Of a stretch of DNA of 64,000 nucleotides, positions 40,282 to 50,650 are shown one piece after another. The number at the start of each line of letters is the position of its first letter. Position 1 is the first letter of the stretch. The notes under the pieces are model-generated. The model was given only the letters and a program-made list of their open reading frames with translations, made no database searches and was not told where the DNA came from. The DNA comes from a bacterium (lineage in GTDB: Bacteria > UBA8248 > JACPRG01 > G963555815). The position numbers were made by a program, and so were the translations under genes. The stretch spans positions 3,168,001-3,232,000 of the forward strand of contig OZ244653.1 of the NCBI GenBank assembly GCA_965218795.1, in the 5' to 3' direction.

Positions 40282-42120
40282 ATGAAAGAGAGAACAGAAA
40301 GAATCATGCGGCGCGCGGCGTGCGTAATGGTGGCGGGAAAGAGAACGCTCGTCCTGCTGATGCTGGCCGGCGTGATGATCGCCCAACAGGCGAATGCGGT
40401 CGATCTGCCGCGCAACGAGGCCGGCGTCACGGGCTCTTTCGACACGACCCTTTCGGTCGGCGCCGCGGTTCGGGCCGGGGACCGGGACGACCGCCTGATC
40501 GGCCTCGCCAACGGCGGTTCCGCGTACTCGATCAACGGCGACAACGGCAACCTCAACTACGACAAGGGCGAACTCGTCTCCGCCAACGTGAAGGTGACGC
40601 ACGAGTTGCTGCTGGAGTGGAAGAACTTCGGCTTCTTCGGCCGGGCTTTCTACTTCTACGACCACGCGGTCATGAACCGGGAGACCGACCGTACGCCCCT
40701 GTCGAACGATGCGGAGGAACTCGTCGGCCGCGACATCGTGTTGCGGGACGCTTATGTATCCGGCGATTTCGACGTCTCGGGAGCCCCGGTGTCGGTGCGC
40801 GCCGGCAACCAGGTGATGAGCTGGGGCGAGAGCGTCTTCATCCGCAACGGCATCAACTCGATCAACCCGGTCGACGTCTCCAGATTCCGTATCGCCGGCG
40901 CCGAGTTGCGGGACGGGCTCGTACCGATTCCGGCGATCAACGTCAAGGCCGGCATTGGCGAGAATCTGTCCTTCGAGGCTTTCTATCAACTCGACTGGGT
41001 CAACACCGAGATCGAGCCGGAAGGCACGTTCTTCTCGACCAGAGACCACGTAAGCCCGGGCGGCCGTTTCGCCCATCTCGGGTTCGGCCTGCCGGGCGCC
41101 GCCACCGATGATCCGCCGGGCCCCTGCGCCAGACCGCCGATCTGTGCGAACGTGCCTCGCGCCGACGACCGGGAGGCCGGCGACGGGGGCCAGTTCGGCC
41201 TTGCGCTGCGCTATTTCGCCCCGGCGCTGAACGGCACCGAGTTCGGCCTCTATTATACCCGCATCCACAGTCGTCTCCCGCTGGTCTCCGGCCGCACGGG
41301 CACGCCGGCGGGGGTATTCGCCCGAGACTACGCCGGCACGATGCGCTATTTCCGGGAGTTCCCGGAAGACATCGACATTTACGGCGCGAGCTTCAACACC
41401 GAGATCGGAGCCACGGGCTTCGCCTTGCAGGGAGAGGTTTCCTACCGCCGCGGCCAGCCGCTGCAGATCGACGACGTGGAGATTCTGTTCTCCGCCCTGT
41501 CGCCTCTCCGCAATGTCCCGGTCCCTCAATTAGCGCGCGCCGGCGCGGCCTTCGGACAGAGCCAGCTCGGGGCCCGGGGCTTCGATGAGGAGATCACCGG
41601 CTTCCGCCGCAAGGATGTCGTGCAGGCGCAGATGGCCGTTTCCAAGATTCTGGGGCCCCGGCTCGGCGCCGACGGGTTGATCTTCCTGGTCGAGGCGGGC
41701 TTCACCCATGTGCGCGACATGGAGGACAAGTCGGAGCTCCGCTACGATGGACCGGGCACGACGACCAGCGCCAATCCGTTCTTCACGGCGGCGGGCATTC
41801 AGCCGGCAACCCAAGACGGCGGCTTCGCCGATCCGTTTTCCTGGGGCTACCGGGCGATCGCGCGGGCGACCTACAACAACGCCATCGGACCCGTGAACCT
41901 GACGCCGCAGGTCTCGTTCTCTCATGACGTGAACGGCACGGCGCCGGCGCCGATCGGCAATTTCGTCGAGAACCGGAAGACGATCACGCTGTCGATCGGA
42001 GCGAACTATCTGAACTCCTGGCGGGCCAGTATTTCCTACACGAACTCCTTCGACGGCGGCGGTTTCAATCTCGTGAACGATCGCGACTACCTGCAGTTCG
42101 CGGCAAGCTATTCCTTCTGA
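40282..42120 (+). CDS. DUF1302 family outer-membrane protein
   Basis: Signal peptide, NGDNGNLNY, GNQVMSWGES, C-terminal DRDY...SYSF. Confidence 0.88.
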   Translation: MKERTERIMRRAACVMVAGKRTLVLLMLAGVMIAQQANAVDLPRNEAGVTGSFDTTLSVGAAVRAGDRDDRLIGLANGGSAYSINGDNGNLNYDKGELVSANVKVTHELLLEWKNFGFFGRAFYFYDHAVMNRETDRTPLSNDAEELVGRDIVLRDAYVSGDFDVSGAPVSVRAGNQVMSWGESVFIRNGINSINPVDVSRFRIAGAELRDGLVPIPAINVKAGIGENLSFEAFYQLDWVNTEIEPEGTFFSTRDHVSPGGRFAHLGFGLPGAATDDPPGPCARPPICANVPRADDREAGDGGQFGLALRYFAPALNGTEFGLYYTRIHSRLPLVSGRTGTPAGVFARDYAGTMRYFREFPEDIDIYGASFNTEIGATGFALQGEVSYRRGQPLQIDDVEILFSALSPLRNVPVPQLARAGAAFGQSQLGARGFDEEITGFRRKDVVQAQMAVSKILGPRLGADGLIFLVEAGFTHVRDMEDKSELRYDGPGTTTSANPFFTAAGIQPATQDGGFADPFSWGYRAIARATYNNAIGPVNLTPQVSFSHDVNGTAPAPIGNFVENRKTITLSIGANYLNSWRASISYTNSFDGGGFNLVNDRDYLQFAASYSF

Positions 42121-42144
42121 GTCAGAGATGGGGGAGCGGATACA

Positions 42145-43500
42145 ATGAGAACGCGATGGGTGAGCCTGGTCCTGGTCCTGGCGCTGGCAGCCGCGGGGGC
42201 GGCGACCGAGGCCGAGGCGGCGGAGAAGCTCGGCAGGGAGCTGACGCCCGTGGGCGGGGTCAAGGCCGGCAACGCATCCGGCGACATCCCGGCGTGGGAG
42301 GGCGGGCTCACCAAGCCGCCGGCCGGCTACGCGCCCGGGAAGCATCACCCCGATCCCTTCCCGGACGACAAGCCTCTTTTCACCATCACCGCCGCCAACG
42401 TCGAGCAATACAAGTCACATCTCTCTCCCGGCCATATCGCGCTCTTCCGGCGCTATCCGAAGACCTTCCGGATGCCGGTCTACCGGACCCGCCGCACCGC
42501 CGCCCTGCCGCAGCGGATATACGACAAGACGATCGCCAACGCGAAGACGGCGAAGCTGACCGAGGACGGCAACGGGGTGCTGAACGCGGCCGAGGGCATT
42601 CCCTTCCCGATTCCGCGAAACGGGCTGGAGGCGATCTGGAACCACCTGCTGCGCTACCGAGGCAAGACCACGACCAAGGTGTCCGGCCAAGCGGTGCCGA
42701 CGGCCAACGGCAGCTACACCATGGTGCGGATCGCCGAGCAAGCTCTATTCGCCTACCAGCAGCCCGGCGCCACGACCGAGACCATCGACAACAGGCTCGT
42801 CTACTTTCTGCAGGAGGTGCTCTCGCCGCCCAGGCTCGCCGGCAACATCACGCTGGTGCACGAAACGCTCAACCAGGCGATCGAACCGCGCAAGGCCTGG
42901 CTCTACAATCCCGGCCAACGGCGGGTGCGCCGCGCGCCCAACGTCGCCTACGACAATCCCGGCACCGCCTCGGACGGGCAACGCACCAACGATCAGTTCG
43001 ACATGTTCAACGGCGCGCCGGACCGCTACAACTGGACGCTGGTCGGCCGGCGGGAACTCTACATCCCCTACAACAGCTACCGCCTGCACAGCGACCGGAA
43101 CCGCTTCGACGACATCTTGAAGCCCGGCCACATCAACCCGGACCTCACGCGCTACGAGCGGCACCGGGTCTGGGTCGTCGAGGCGAAGGTGAAAGAGGGC
43201 ACGAGACACATTTACGCCCGACGCACCTTCTATCTCGATGAGGACAGTTGGCAGATCGCCGGCGTGGACCAGTACGACGGCCGCGGAGAGCTTTGGCGGG
43301 TCAGCGAGGCGCACATCATCAATTTTTACGAGATACCGCTGACCTGGACCACGATGATGGCGATATACGACTTGCAGAACGGGCGCTACCTGGTCGACGG
43401 ACTCGACAACGAACCCGGCTACCAGATCACCCGCTTCGACCTGCCGATGACCCGCAGTCAGTTCACGCCGGCGGCGCTGCGACGGAAGGGCCGCCGCTAG
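42145..43500 (+). CDS. DUF1329 family periplasmic protein
   Basis: LTPVG..AGN..IPAW.GG, PFPIP, AW.Y.PGQRRVRRAP, R.FYLDEDSW. Confidence 0.92.
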   Translation: MRTRWVSLVLVLALAAAGAATEAEAAEKLGRELTPVGGVKAGNASGDIPAWEGGLTKPPAGYAPGKHHPDPFPDDKPLFTITAANVEQYKSHLSPGHIALFRRYPKTFRMPVYRTRRTAALPQRIYDKTIANAKTAKLTEDGNGVLNAAEGIPFPIPRNGLEAIWNHLLRYRGKTTTKVSGQAVPTANGSYTMVRIAEQALFAYQQPGATTETIDNRLVYFLQEVLSPPRLAGNITLVHETLNQAIEPRKAWLYNPGQRRVRRAPNVAYDNPGTASDGQRTNDQFDMFNGAPDRYNWTLVGRRELYIPYNSYRLHSDRNRFDDILKPGHINPDLTRYERHRVWVVEAKVKEGTRHIYARRTFYLDEDSWQIAGVDQYDGRGELWRVSEAHIINFYEIPLTWTTMMAIYDLQNGRYLVDGLDNEPGYQITRFDLPMTRSQFTPAALRRKGRR

Positions 43501-43514
43501 GGCGAACCGCCGTC

Positions 43515-44486
43515 ATGCGGAGTCTCCGATCTTTTTTCGCGCTGTTTCTGATATGCGCCGCCGCGGTTCCCTCGGGCGCGGACCCGCTGAACGAACCGGC
43601 GGCGGAACTGACTCGTCCCGAGCGCGGTCTGATCTCCGCCGCCGTTCGCGGGAACGGCGGCATTGTCGCCGTTGGCGCGAGAGGCTTGATCCTCCGCCTC
43701 GACGGCGACGGCTGGCGGCAGGCGCCCATGCCGGCTCGCCGGACGCTGACCGCGATCGCGGCGGCATCCGATGGCCGTCTCGTCGCCGTCGGTCACGACG
43801 CCCTGGTGCTGGAAAGCGTGGACGCCGGAGCTACCTGGCGCGTCGTCCGAGCGGACCCGGGTTTCGACGCGCCGCTTCTGGATCTCTGGCTCGGCGCGGA
43901 CGGACGGGGCCTGGCGGTCGGCGCCTACGGGCTGGCGTTCTCGACGGAGGATCATGGGAGAACGTGGGCGCGCCGCGAAATCGATCCGGAGGAACCGCAC
44001 TTCTACGCCATCCGGCAGGCCGCGGACGGAACGCTGTTCATTGCCGGCGAGTTCGGCACGTTCCTGCGCTCCCGTGACGGCGGAGCGACCTGGAAGCGAC
44101 TGCACACCGGTTACGAGGGCACCTTCTTCGGGCTCCGGCCCGGTCGGGACGGGCGGCTGCTGCTCCACGGGCTGAGGGGCCGACTCTTCGAAAGCAACGA
44201 CGGCGGCGAGACCTGGCGCAGCCTGGACAGCGGGGTTACCGCCGCTCTGTACGACGCCGTCTACCTGCCCGACGGCCGGGCGGTGGTCGTCGGCGACGCC
44301 GGCACGGTGCTGATGGAGGAGGAGGCGGGAAGCGGCTCCATGCGGGCCGCGCCTCTCCCTCGCCGCGGCGCGATCACCACTGTACTGGCGGCGGGGCCGG
44401 ACGCCGTCCTCCTGTTCGGCGAGGACGGCGTCCACCGCTTGATCCTGCCGGCCGCGGCGGAGGCGGGCGATGAACCGGTTCGGTGA
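43515..44486 (+). CDS. YCF48/BNR-repeat beta-propeller protein
   Basis: Repeated S.DGG.TW Asp-boxes and AVG..G motifs; signal peptide. Confidence 0.88.
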   Translation: MRSLRSFFALFLICAAAVPSGADPLNEPAAELTRPERGLISAAVRGNGGIVAVGARGLILRLDGDGWRQAPMPARRTLTAIAAASDGRLVAVGHDALVLESVDAGATWRVVRADPGFDAPLLDLWLGADGRGLAVGAYGLAFSTEDHGRTWARREIDPEEPHFYAIRQAADGTLFIAGEFGTFLRSRDGGATWKRLHTGYEGTFFGLRPGRDGRLLLHGLRGRLFESNDGGETWRSLDSGVTAALYDAVYLPDGRAVVVGDAGTVLMEEEAGSGSMRAAPLPRRGAITTVLAAGPDAVLLFGEDGVHRLILPAAAEAGDEPVR

Positions 44487-46806
44487 CTGGATCTTCGCCC
44501 ACCGGCGGTTCGTGCTCGCGGCTTTTCTGCTGGCGAGCCTGGCGCTGGGCCTGTCGGCCACCCGGCTCGGGGTCGATACCAGCTTCGGGAAGCACCTGCC
44601 CCGGCGCCACCCCTTCATGCAGATCTTCAGGAAACATCAAGCCGAGTTCGGCGGAGCCAATCGCCTTCTGATCGCGGTTCGGGCGCGTTCGGGCGACATC
44701 TTCACCACCTCCTTCATGGAGACGCTCAAGGCCGCGACCGACGCCGTGTTCTTCCTGCCCGGCGTGAACAGGGCCTCGGTCCGCTCGCTGTTCACGCCCA
44801 ACGTCCGCTTCCTCGAGATCGTGGAGGGCGGGCTGGCCGGCGGAAACGTCGTGCCGGCCGATTACCGGGGCAGCGCCGCGGACCTGACCCGGGTCCGCGC
44901 CAACGTGCTCAAGGCCGGGATTGTGGGCAGACTCGTGGCCAACGACCTGTCAGCCGCGATGGTGAGCGCGGAGCTGGTCGAGATCGATCCGCGGACGGGG
45001 AAACGGCTGGACTATCTCGAGGTCGCCCGCCTGCTGGAAGACAGGCTGCGCGAGCCCTTCACCAACGAGTCGGTGGAGATCCACATCATCGGCTTTGCGA
45101 AGGCGATCGGCGACGTGGCCGACGGCGCGACGGACGTGCTCCTGTTTTTCGCCGTTGCCTTCCTGCTGTCGGCGCTGCTGGTTTACGTCTTCATCCATTC
45201 GGTCCGGTACACGGTCCTGCTGCTGTCGTGTTCGGCGCTGGCCGTGGTCTGGACGCTGGGGCTGCTGGCGCTGCTCGGTTTCGGCATCGACCCCATGTCG
45301 ATCCTGGCGCCCTTTCTCGTGTTCGCGATCGGCGTCTCCCACGGGTTGCAGGTCGTGAACGCTTCCGGGGCCGCGATTCGGGATGGTGAAAAGAAGGAGG
45401 AGGCGGCGCGCGGCGCCTTCCGCCAACTCGCCACGCCGGGGGCGGCGGCGCTGGCGAGCGACTGCGTCGGCTTTCTCATGATCCTGCTCATCGACGTGCA
45501 GATCATCCAGGACCTGGCGGTGACCATGAGCCTGGGCGTGGCCGCGATCCTCTTCACCAATCTCGTGTTGTTGCCGGTGCTGATGTCCTACGCGCCCCCG
45601 GCCGCGAATTACCGGCGGCGCATCCGGGCGGCGGCCGAGGCAAGGCGGCCCCTCTGGCGCCGGCTCTCGCGGCTGGCGTCCGGGCGGGCGGCCGCGGCGA
45701 TGCTCCTCCTGGCGCTCATCGTCGCGGGCGGCGGCCTGTTCGTCGCCCGCGGCCACGTGATCGGCGACGTCCACGCAGGCGTGCCGGAGCTGCGCCCGGA
45801 TTCCCGCTACAACCGCGACAGCGCCGTCATCACGGAGCGCTTCGCGATCGGCGTCGACTTGCTGACGGTGATCGTGGAGACGAAGGCGAACGCCTGCGTC
45901 GACTTCGCGTTCCTGGACCGGGTGGACGATTTCGCCTTTCGGATGAGCCAGGTGCCCGGTGTGCGGTCCACGATCTCGCTGCCGCAGGTCTCGCGCAGGC
46001 TCAACGCCAGCTTCAACGAAGGGCACCCCAAATGGCGAACCCTGCCGCGCAATACGAAGACGCTGGTCCAGTCGGTCGCCCCGATCCAGACCGGCACGGG
46101 TCTGCTGAACGCCGACTGCTCGGTGATGCCGGTGATCATCTTCACCGACGACCACCGCGCCGAGACCATCGACCGGGTGGTCGCCGCGGTCAGGGCCTAC
46201 GCGGCCCGTCACGAGAGCGGGGGGCTTCGCTTCGGGCTGGCCGCCGGCAATCTCGGCGTCATGGCGGCGACCAACGCGCTCGTCCGCGACACCCAAGTCG
46301 ACATGCTGGTCTGGGTTTATTGCGCCGTGATCGCGTTGTGTCTGCTGGCCTTCCGGTCATTCCGGGGCACGCTCTGCGTGGTGCTGCCGCTGGCGCTGGT
46401 CTCCGTGCTGGCGTTCGCGCTGATGGCGCTTCTGCAGATCGGGCTGAAGGTCTCGACGCTGCCGGTGGCCGCGCTCGGCGTCGGTATCGGGGTCGACTAC
46501 GGCATTTACATCTTCAACCGCATGAAGCGGGCGCTGGATGACGGCGCGGAGACGGTCGAGGCGTTCCGGCAGGCCATGGCGACGACCGGCAACGCGGTGC
46601 TGGTGACCGGACTGACGCTGGCCTTGGGCGTTTCGACCTGGATATTCTCCGACCTGCAGTTCCAAGCCGACATGGGAATCCTGCTGACCTTCATGTTCCT
46701 CGCCAACCTGGCCGGCGCGGTGCTGCTGCTGCCGGCGCTCGCCCGCCTGTTTTTTGGCGCCAGGGTCCAAGACCGGGCCGCTCCGGCGGACGGACCCCGA
46801 CCCTGA
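44470..46806 (+). CDS. RND/MMPL family transporter
   Basis: Two large loops, ~12 TM helices, AIGVSHG, GIGVDYGIY. Confidence 0.92.
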   Translation: MNRFGDWIFAHRRFVLAAFLLASLALGLSATRLGVDTSFGKHLPRRHPFMQIFRKHQAEFGGANRLLIAVRARSGDIFTTSFMETLKAATDAVFFLPGVNRASVRSLFTPNVRFLEIVEGGLAGGNVVPADYRGSAADLTRVRANVLKAGIVGRLVANDLSAAMVSAELVEIDPRTGKRLDYLEVARLLEDRLREPFTNESVEIHIIGFAKAIGDVADGATDVLLFFAVAFLLSALLVYVFIHSVRYTVLLLSCSALAVVWTLGLLALLGFGIDPMSILAPFLVFAIGVSHGLQVVNASGAAIRDGEKKEEAARGAFRQLATPGAAALASDCVGFLMILLIDVQIIQDLAVTMSLGVAAILFTNLVLLPVLMSYAPPAANYRRRIRAAAEARRPLWRRLSRLASGRAAAAMLLLALIVAGGGLFVARGHVIGDVHAGVPELRPDSRYNRDSAVITERFAIGVDLLTVIVETKANACVDFAFLDRVDDFAFRMSQVPGVRSTISLPQVSRRLNASFNEGHPKWRTLPRNTKTLVQSVAPIQTGTGLLNADCSVMPVIIFTDDHRAETIDRVVAAVRAYAARHESGGLRFGLAAGNLGVMAATNALVRDTQVDMLVWVYCAVIALCLLAFRSFRGTLCVVLPLALVSVLAFALMALLQIGLKVSTLPVAALGVGIGVDYGIYIFNRMKRALDDGAETVEAFRQAMATTGNAVLVTGLTLALGVSTWIFSDLQFQADMGILLTFMFLANLAGAVLLLPALARLFFGARVQDRAAPADGPRP

Positions 46807-46879
46807 CGGATGGAGCGGATCGAAGACAATAACAATAAATCGTCATGAGGGCGGTCCTGCCTCGCGGCTTCTGCGGGCA

Positions 46880-47175
46880 GGCGCGATTCACTCCGGTCTG
46901 GAGCGGGGCGTCATCCGTGCGGAGGCGGTCGAGGCGTTGGGCCTGAACGTGACAAGAGCGGCCGAGATTCCGGGGGTTCGCCGGGCAACGCTTTCGGCCC
47001 TGCCGAACGGCCACGCCGCGCTGTCGCCGGAGATGGCGCTGCGCATCGAGTAGGCCTTTGACGTGAGCATGGACATGCTGCCGCGGATGCAGGCCTGGTG
47101 GGACGCCTCGCAGATGCGCGCCCGCGCGCAAGGGAGATCAGAGATCAACGTCCAGCGCTACGAGCCCGCCCGAGT
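46880..47175 (+). pseudogene. HigA-like HTH antitoxin remnant
   Basis: LGLNVTRAAEI.GV.RATLS.L.NG.A.LSPEMALRIE*AF.VSMD...RMQ..WD; in-frame TAG at 47051-47053. Confidence 0.8.
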
Positions 47176-47244
47176 GGACCCCTGCCAAAAACCTGCAGGT
47201 GTGACACCCGATTCCCTCCCCGCCAGCGACCTAATAAACGCCGA

Positions 47245-47820
47245 TGCACTGCCCTTGCAAGGGGGTTGCAAGGGGCGATTCCCCTCCCCCCATTTTCTTC
47301 GTCCTGGACCCCTACCAAGTGCTCGTCGGGGCAGGCCCTCGGTCATTCCCGCCCCCGATTGAAGCCTTCGGGGGCATGCTTGAGCCTTCCCGTGCGCCTG
47401 CCTGGCCGGCAGGCGGGAATGACGGACCGGGGGCGAGTCCCCGAAGGCTCTTGTTGGAGGCCATGCCGCATGGGGTCCCGTCCCTGTCGCGGCAACAAGG
47501 CCGCTCCCTTTGCCGCGTCAAGCCGAACAGCCGTCTCTCCCCCCACCGGAAAATCTGCAGGCTGCGCCCTTGATTTGCCGACTCCCCCTCAAGGGGGGGA
47601 AGATTGATGGACGAGGAGACCATAACTGGATTCCCGCTTTCGCGGGAATGACGGGCCGGGGGCGAGTCCCCGAAGGCTCCCGTTGGAGGCCATGGCGCAT
47701 GGATTCCCGCCCCTGTCCGGCAACAAGGCCGCTTTGCCGCGTCAAGCCGAACAGCCGTCTCTCCCCCCACCGGCTCGGCTGCTCCTTGCCGACTCCCCCT
47801 CAAGGGGGGGAAGATTGAAG
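47245..47820. repeat. Mosaic array of REP-like palindromes
   Basis: Two related units starting GGGAATGAC and ending CTCCCCCTCAAGGGGGGGAAGATTGA, plus CCTTGCAAGGG and dRS3-like hairpins. Confidence 0.85.
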
Positions 47821-47989
47821 GACCAGGGGCGGGTATTTGCGCCTTCGGGGGACGCGGCGGGGCGCATTCGGGCGATGACGGTTTGGTTTGGAGGCTTGGA
47901 CAGGCATGGGGCCGTATCCTGCAAAGGCGGAAACCTGGACGAAAAAAGGCATCAGCATGGATATGGAGGGGGGTGACCACTAGATTTTC

Positions 47990-48305
47990 CGGGAGATATC
48001 CAAGGACCACCAGGCGGAAGGGCTGACGGATGAAGACATGTTCGATGTGACCCAGATCGTCGGCTAGTTCAATTACACCAACCGGAGGGCCAACCCCCGG
48101 GGCGAGCCTCAGCATGCAGGACGGAGAAGGCCGTTGGGCGACGTTCGAGGGCCGCGGACGCGTCATGGAGGACCGCCCTACGGTGGAAGAGGCGGTCCGG
48201 CGTCACCGCCGGCGCTATGGCGGCGACACCTCGGTCTCCCCGGATTTCGCCGCCATCGAGATTCAGATCGAACGGGTCATGGGCGAGTGGTGGCTGACCC
48301 GGTGA
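47990..48305 (+). pseudogene. Adjacent remnants: AhpD/peroxidase-related C-terminus and PNPOx-like C-terminus
   Basis: GLTDEDMFDVTQIVG*FNYTNR, then WATFEG.GRV...RY...IEIQIERVMG. Confidence 0.45.
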
Positions 48306-48369
48306 AACACACGCCCAGGTTGAGATTCCAGTGCAGCGGAGCGAAAATCATTGTAAACGGTCCGGAAAC

Positions 48370-48600
48370 CGCCCTTGTCCGGCAACCAGGCCGCTCTCTC
48401 CGCCGCGTGAAGCGGAACGGCCTCTCCCCCCACCGGAAAATCCGCGGGCTTGAGCTCTTGATTTTCCGACTCCCCCTCAAGGGGGGAGTGATATAAGGAC
48501 CAGGCAGGTTTACACGGGAATGACAGGTGGAAAATCTCCCCGAAAAAGACCCCGGAATCGCCCATGAAAGGTCCTTGCAAGGGCGTTGCAAGGGGCGTGC
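48370..48600. repeat. Further copy of the CTCCCCCTCAAGGGGGGAG composite repeat
   Basis: CGCGTGAAGCGGAACGGCCTCTCCCCCCACCGG...CTCCCCCTCAAGGGGGGAGTGAT matches units in 58270-59065. Confidence 0.85.
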
Positions 48601-48710
48601 ATGGACCGCGCCTGATGCGGGCGGCGGCCAAACAGGATGAAAAACGGCGTCAGCATCGATCAGGAGGCAGATTTTCCCGGCAAGCTGACTTGACCCTCGG
48701 AAGGAATTCC

Positions 48711-49586
48711 ATGCCGCCTCTCAGCGTCTGGATCGCGATCTCGGCCGCTCTGCTCCACGCGGTAGCCAATACGACCGTGCGGTCCGGCCTGCGAACCGCC
48801 TCGCCCATCACGGCGTCCCTGATACTGGTCTGGATCCAGTGGATCGTTTTCGGCCTCCTGTTGGTCCCGGCGGGGGGATTCGGCCGCATAGACGCGGTGG
48901 GGCTGCTTCTGTTCTGCGCGGCGGGTCTCACGTCACCCCTGCTGTTCATGATCTTCTTTTTCATCGGGATCCAACGGATCGGCGCGGCGCGGGCCACCAC
49001 CATCAAGTCGGCGGCCCCGATCTACACGGTCATCTTCGCGGTGGCCTTCCTGGGAGAGCGGCCCACCGCGCTTCGATACCTGGGGATTGCGGCGGTCATG
49101 GCCGGCGTGCTGAGCCTGGTCTGGGAAACCGCGGACAAAAAGGGCCATGCGGGAAGGAGAAGCGACTACGTCTTCCCCCTGCTGGCGGGCGCGTGCGCGG
49201 GGGTTTCGGCCGTTCTCTACAAAGCGGGCCTGACCCGCATGGACACACCCCTGCTCAGCGTCTGGATCGGAGCGACAGAGGCGGTCCTGCTCTTTCCGCT
49301 ACTCGTCCGGGTGTTCCCCAAGGCGGACCGATACCGGATCGGCAGTCGGCGGGCCTGGCTGTGGCTCGCACTGGGCGGGCTGGCCTCATCCGGGGCCATC
49401 TACTGCCAGATCCTGTCCATCAAGCTGGGCGAGGTCTCGACGGTCTTCACCCTGGCCCAGACCTCGCCTTTGTTCGTGGTGCTGATCTCGGCGTTGTTCC
49501 TCCGGGATCTCGAGCGGGTGACGCCGAGGGTGGTTCTGGGGGCGGCGCTGACAGTGGGGGGCGGCATCATGCTCAGCGCTTTGTGA
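48711..49586 (+). CDS. DMT/EamA family transporter
   Basis: ~10 TM helices in two EamA repeats; FLGERP and FLRDLERVT. Confidence 0.9.
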   Translation: MPPLSVWIAISAALLHAVANTTVRSGLRTASPITASLILVWIQWIVFGLLLVPAGGFGRIDAVGLLLFCAAGLTSPLLFMIFFFIGIQRIGAARATTIKSAAPIYTVIFAVAFLGERPTALRYLGIAAVMAGVLSLVWETADKKGHAGRRSDYVFPLLAGACAGVSAVLYKAGLTRMDTPLLSVWIGATEAVLLFPLLVRVFPKADRYRIGSRRAWLWLALGGLASSGAIYCQILSIKLGEVSTVFTLAQTSPLFVVLISALFLRDLERVTPRVVLGAALTVGGGIMLSAL

Positions 49587-50008
49587 CCGGACGCGGCCCA
49601 TCGCGTGACGCAGCCGGCGCAATCTCAGGCAGGACACCGTTGGGCGATGACGGTTCGGTTGGAAGGCTTGAGGAGGCATGGGGCCGTGTCCTGCAAAGGC
49701 GGAAAACAGGACGAACAAGGGGGCATCAGCATATATTAGGAGGGTGGCCACTGGATTTTCCCGGGTGATTGACGAGGTCACCGACCCCGACAACGATTTA
49801 GCGGATCCTCAGCGAGGTGTGGCAAAGATCCCCACTTGGCGGCGCTCACACGCCCGTGCGCCACATACTTGCTCCCAACCGTCGAAATGCGGTTGATACT
49901 TCCTAATCCGCAGAGGAACTTCTTGTTAGCAATGACAAAAAGACGACCGCGGTCTATACTCTCAACTCCTCAACCCATGGGGCAGTCCTGGAAACGATAG
50001 GAGGCAGT

Positions 50009-50638
50009 GTGCCGAACGAAGATCCACAAATGCCGAGCGGCGAACGGCAACGACTTGGTATTCCGAATTGTCTGCGCTGTATCCTCACTGCAATTTCGGC
50101 ATTGCTTATATTCGTAACAAGCGTGTCTATCGTCCTCTTCGTGGTTAACAAGAAGTCATTTCCTGCGCCCGAGGAGTTAGAGTCGAGCTTTCTGCTCGCG
50201 CTTGCGATTGGGGTGCTGCTCGTCCTCTATGTGCCATGGCAACGGATTAGCATCGCTGGTGTTGAGATCGAGCGCGAACTTCAAGAACAAGCCAAGGATT
50301 TCAGGGAACAAGACGAGAATTCCTCAAAACAAATTGAGCGACTGCAAAAGGAGAATGCAGAACTTCGCAAGAATCCTGCGGAACTACAACTACTACAGAA
50401 AGAACAAAAGCAAAAAGAACAAGAGGAAATGCTTATCCTAAAGTTCTTGAATGAATGGTCAAGCTGGGGGTTCACACCGTTACGAATCAAGAATAGGGGC
50501 GGTAAGGAGTCGGGTTATGAAGAGCTGGGTAAACTTAGCACTAGTAGAATACGAGTGATCCTGAGCAATTTGGTTGCTGATGGCATGGTGCGTTTACGAG
50601 TAAGTAGGAACGGTAATATACTGTACCAAGCCCGCTAG
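50009..50638 (+). CDS. Hypothetical membrane protein (2 TM, coiled coil, possible C-terminal winged helix)
   Basis: Low-GC 209-aa ORF with GGAGG RBS; domain layout inferred. Confidence 0.65.
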   Translation: MPNEDPQMPSGERQRLGIPNCLRCILTAISALLIFVTSVSIVLFVVNKKSFPAPEELESSFLLALAIGVLLVLYVPWQRISIAGVEIERELQEQAKDFREQDENSSKQIERLQKENAELRKNPAELQLLQKEQKQKEQEEMLILKFLNEWSSWGFTPLRIKNRGGKESGYEELGKLSTSRIRVILSNLVADGMVRLRVSRNGNILYQAR

Positions 50639-50650
50639 CTATATTAGGGT

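Noticed and set aside
46880-47175. Functional HigBA toxin-antitoxin system
   Set aside because: The antitoxin has an internal stop and no clear start, and no toxin gene is adjacent.
37277-48067. Amber (TAG) recoding suggested by three in-frame TAGs
   Set aside because: Intact genes such as both FDH subunits and hsdR end in TAG, the expected residues differ (Ser, Lys, Tyr), and two of the three genes have other lesions.
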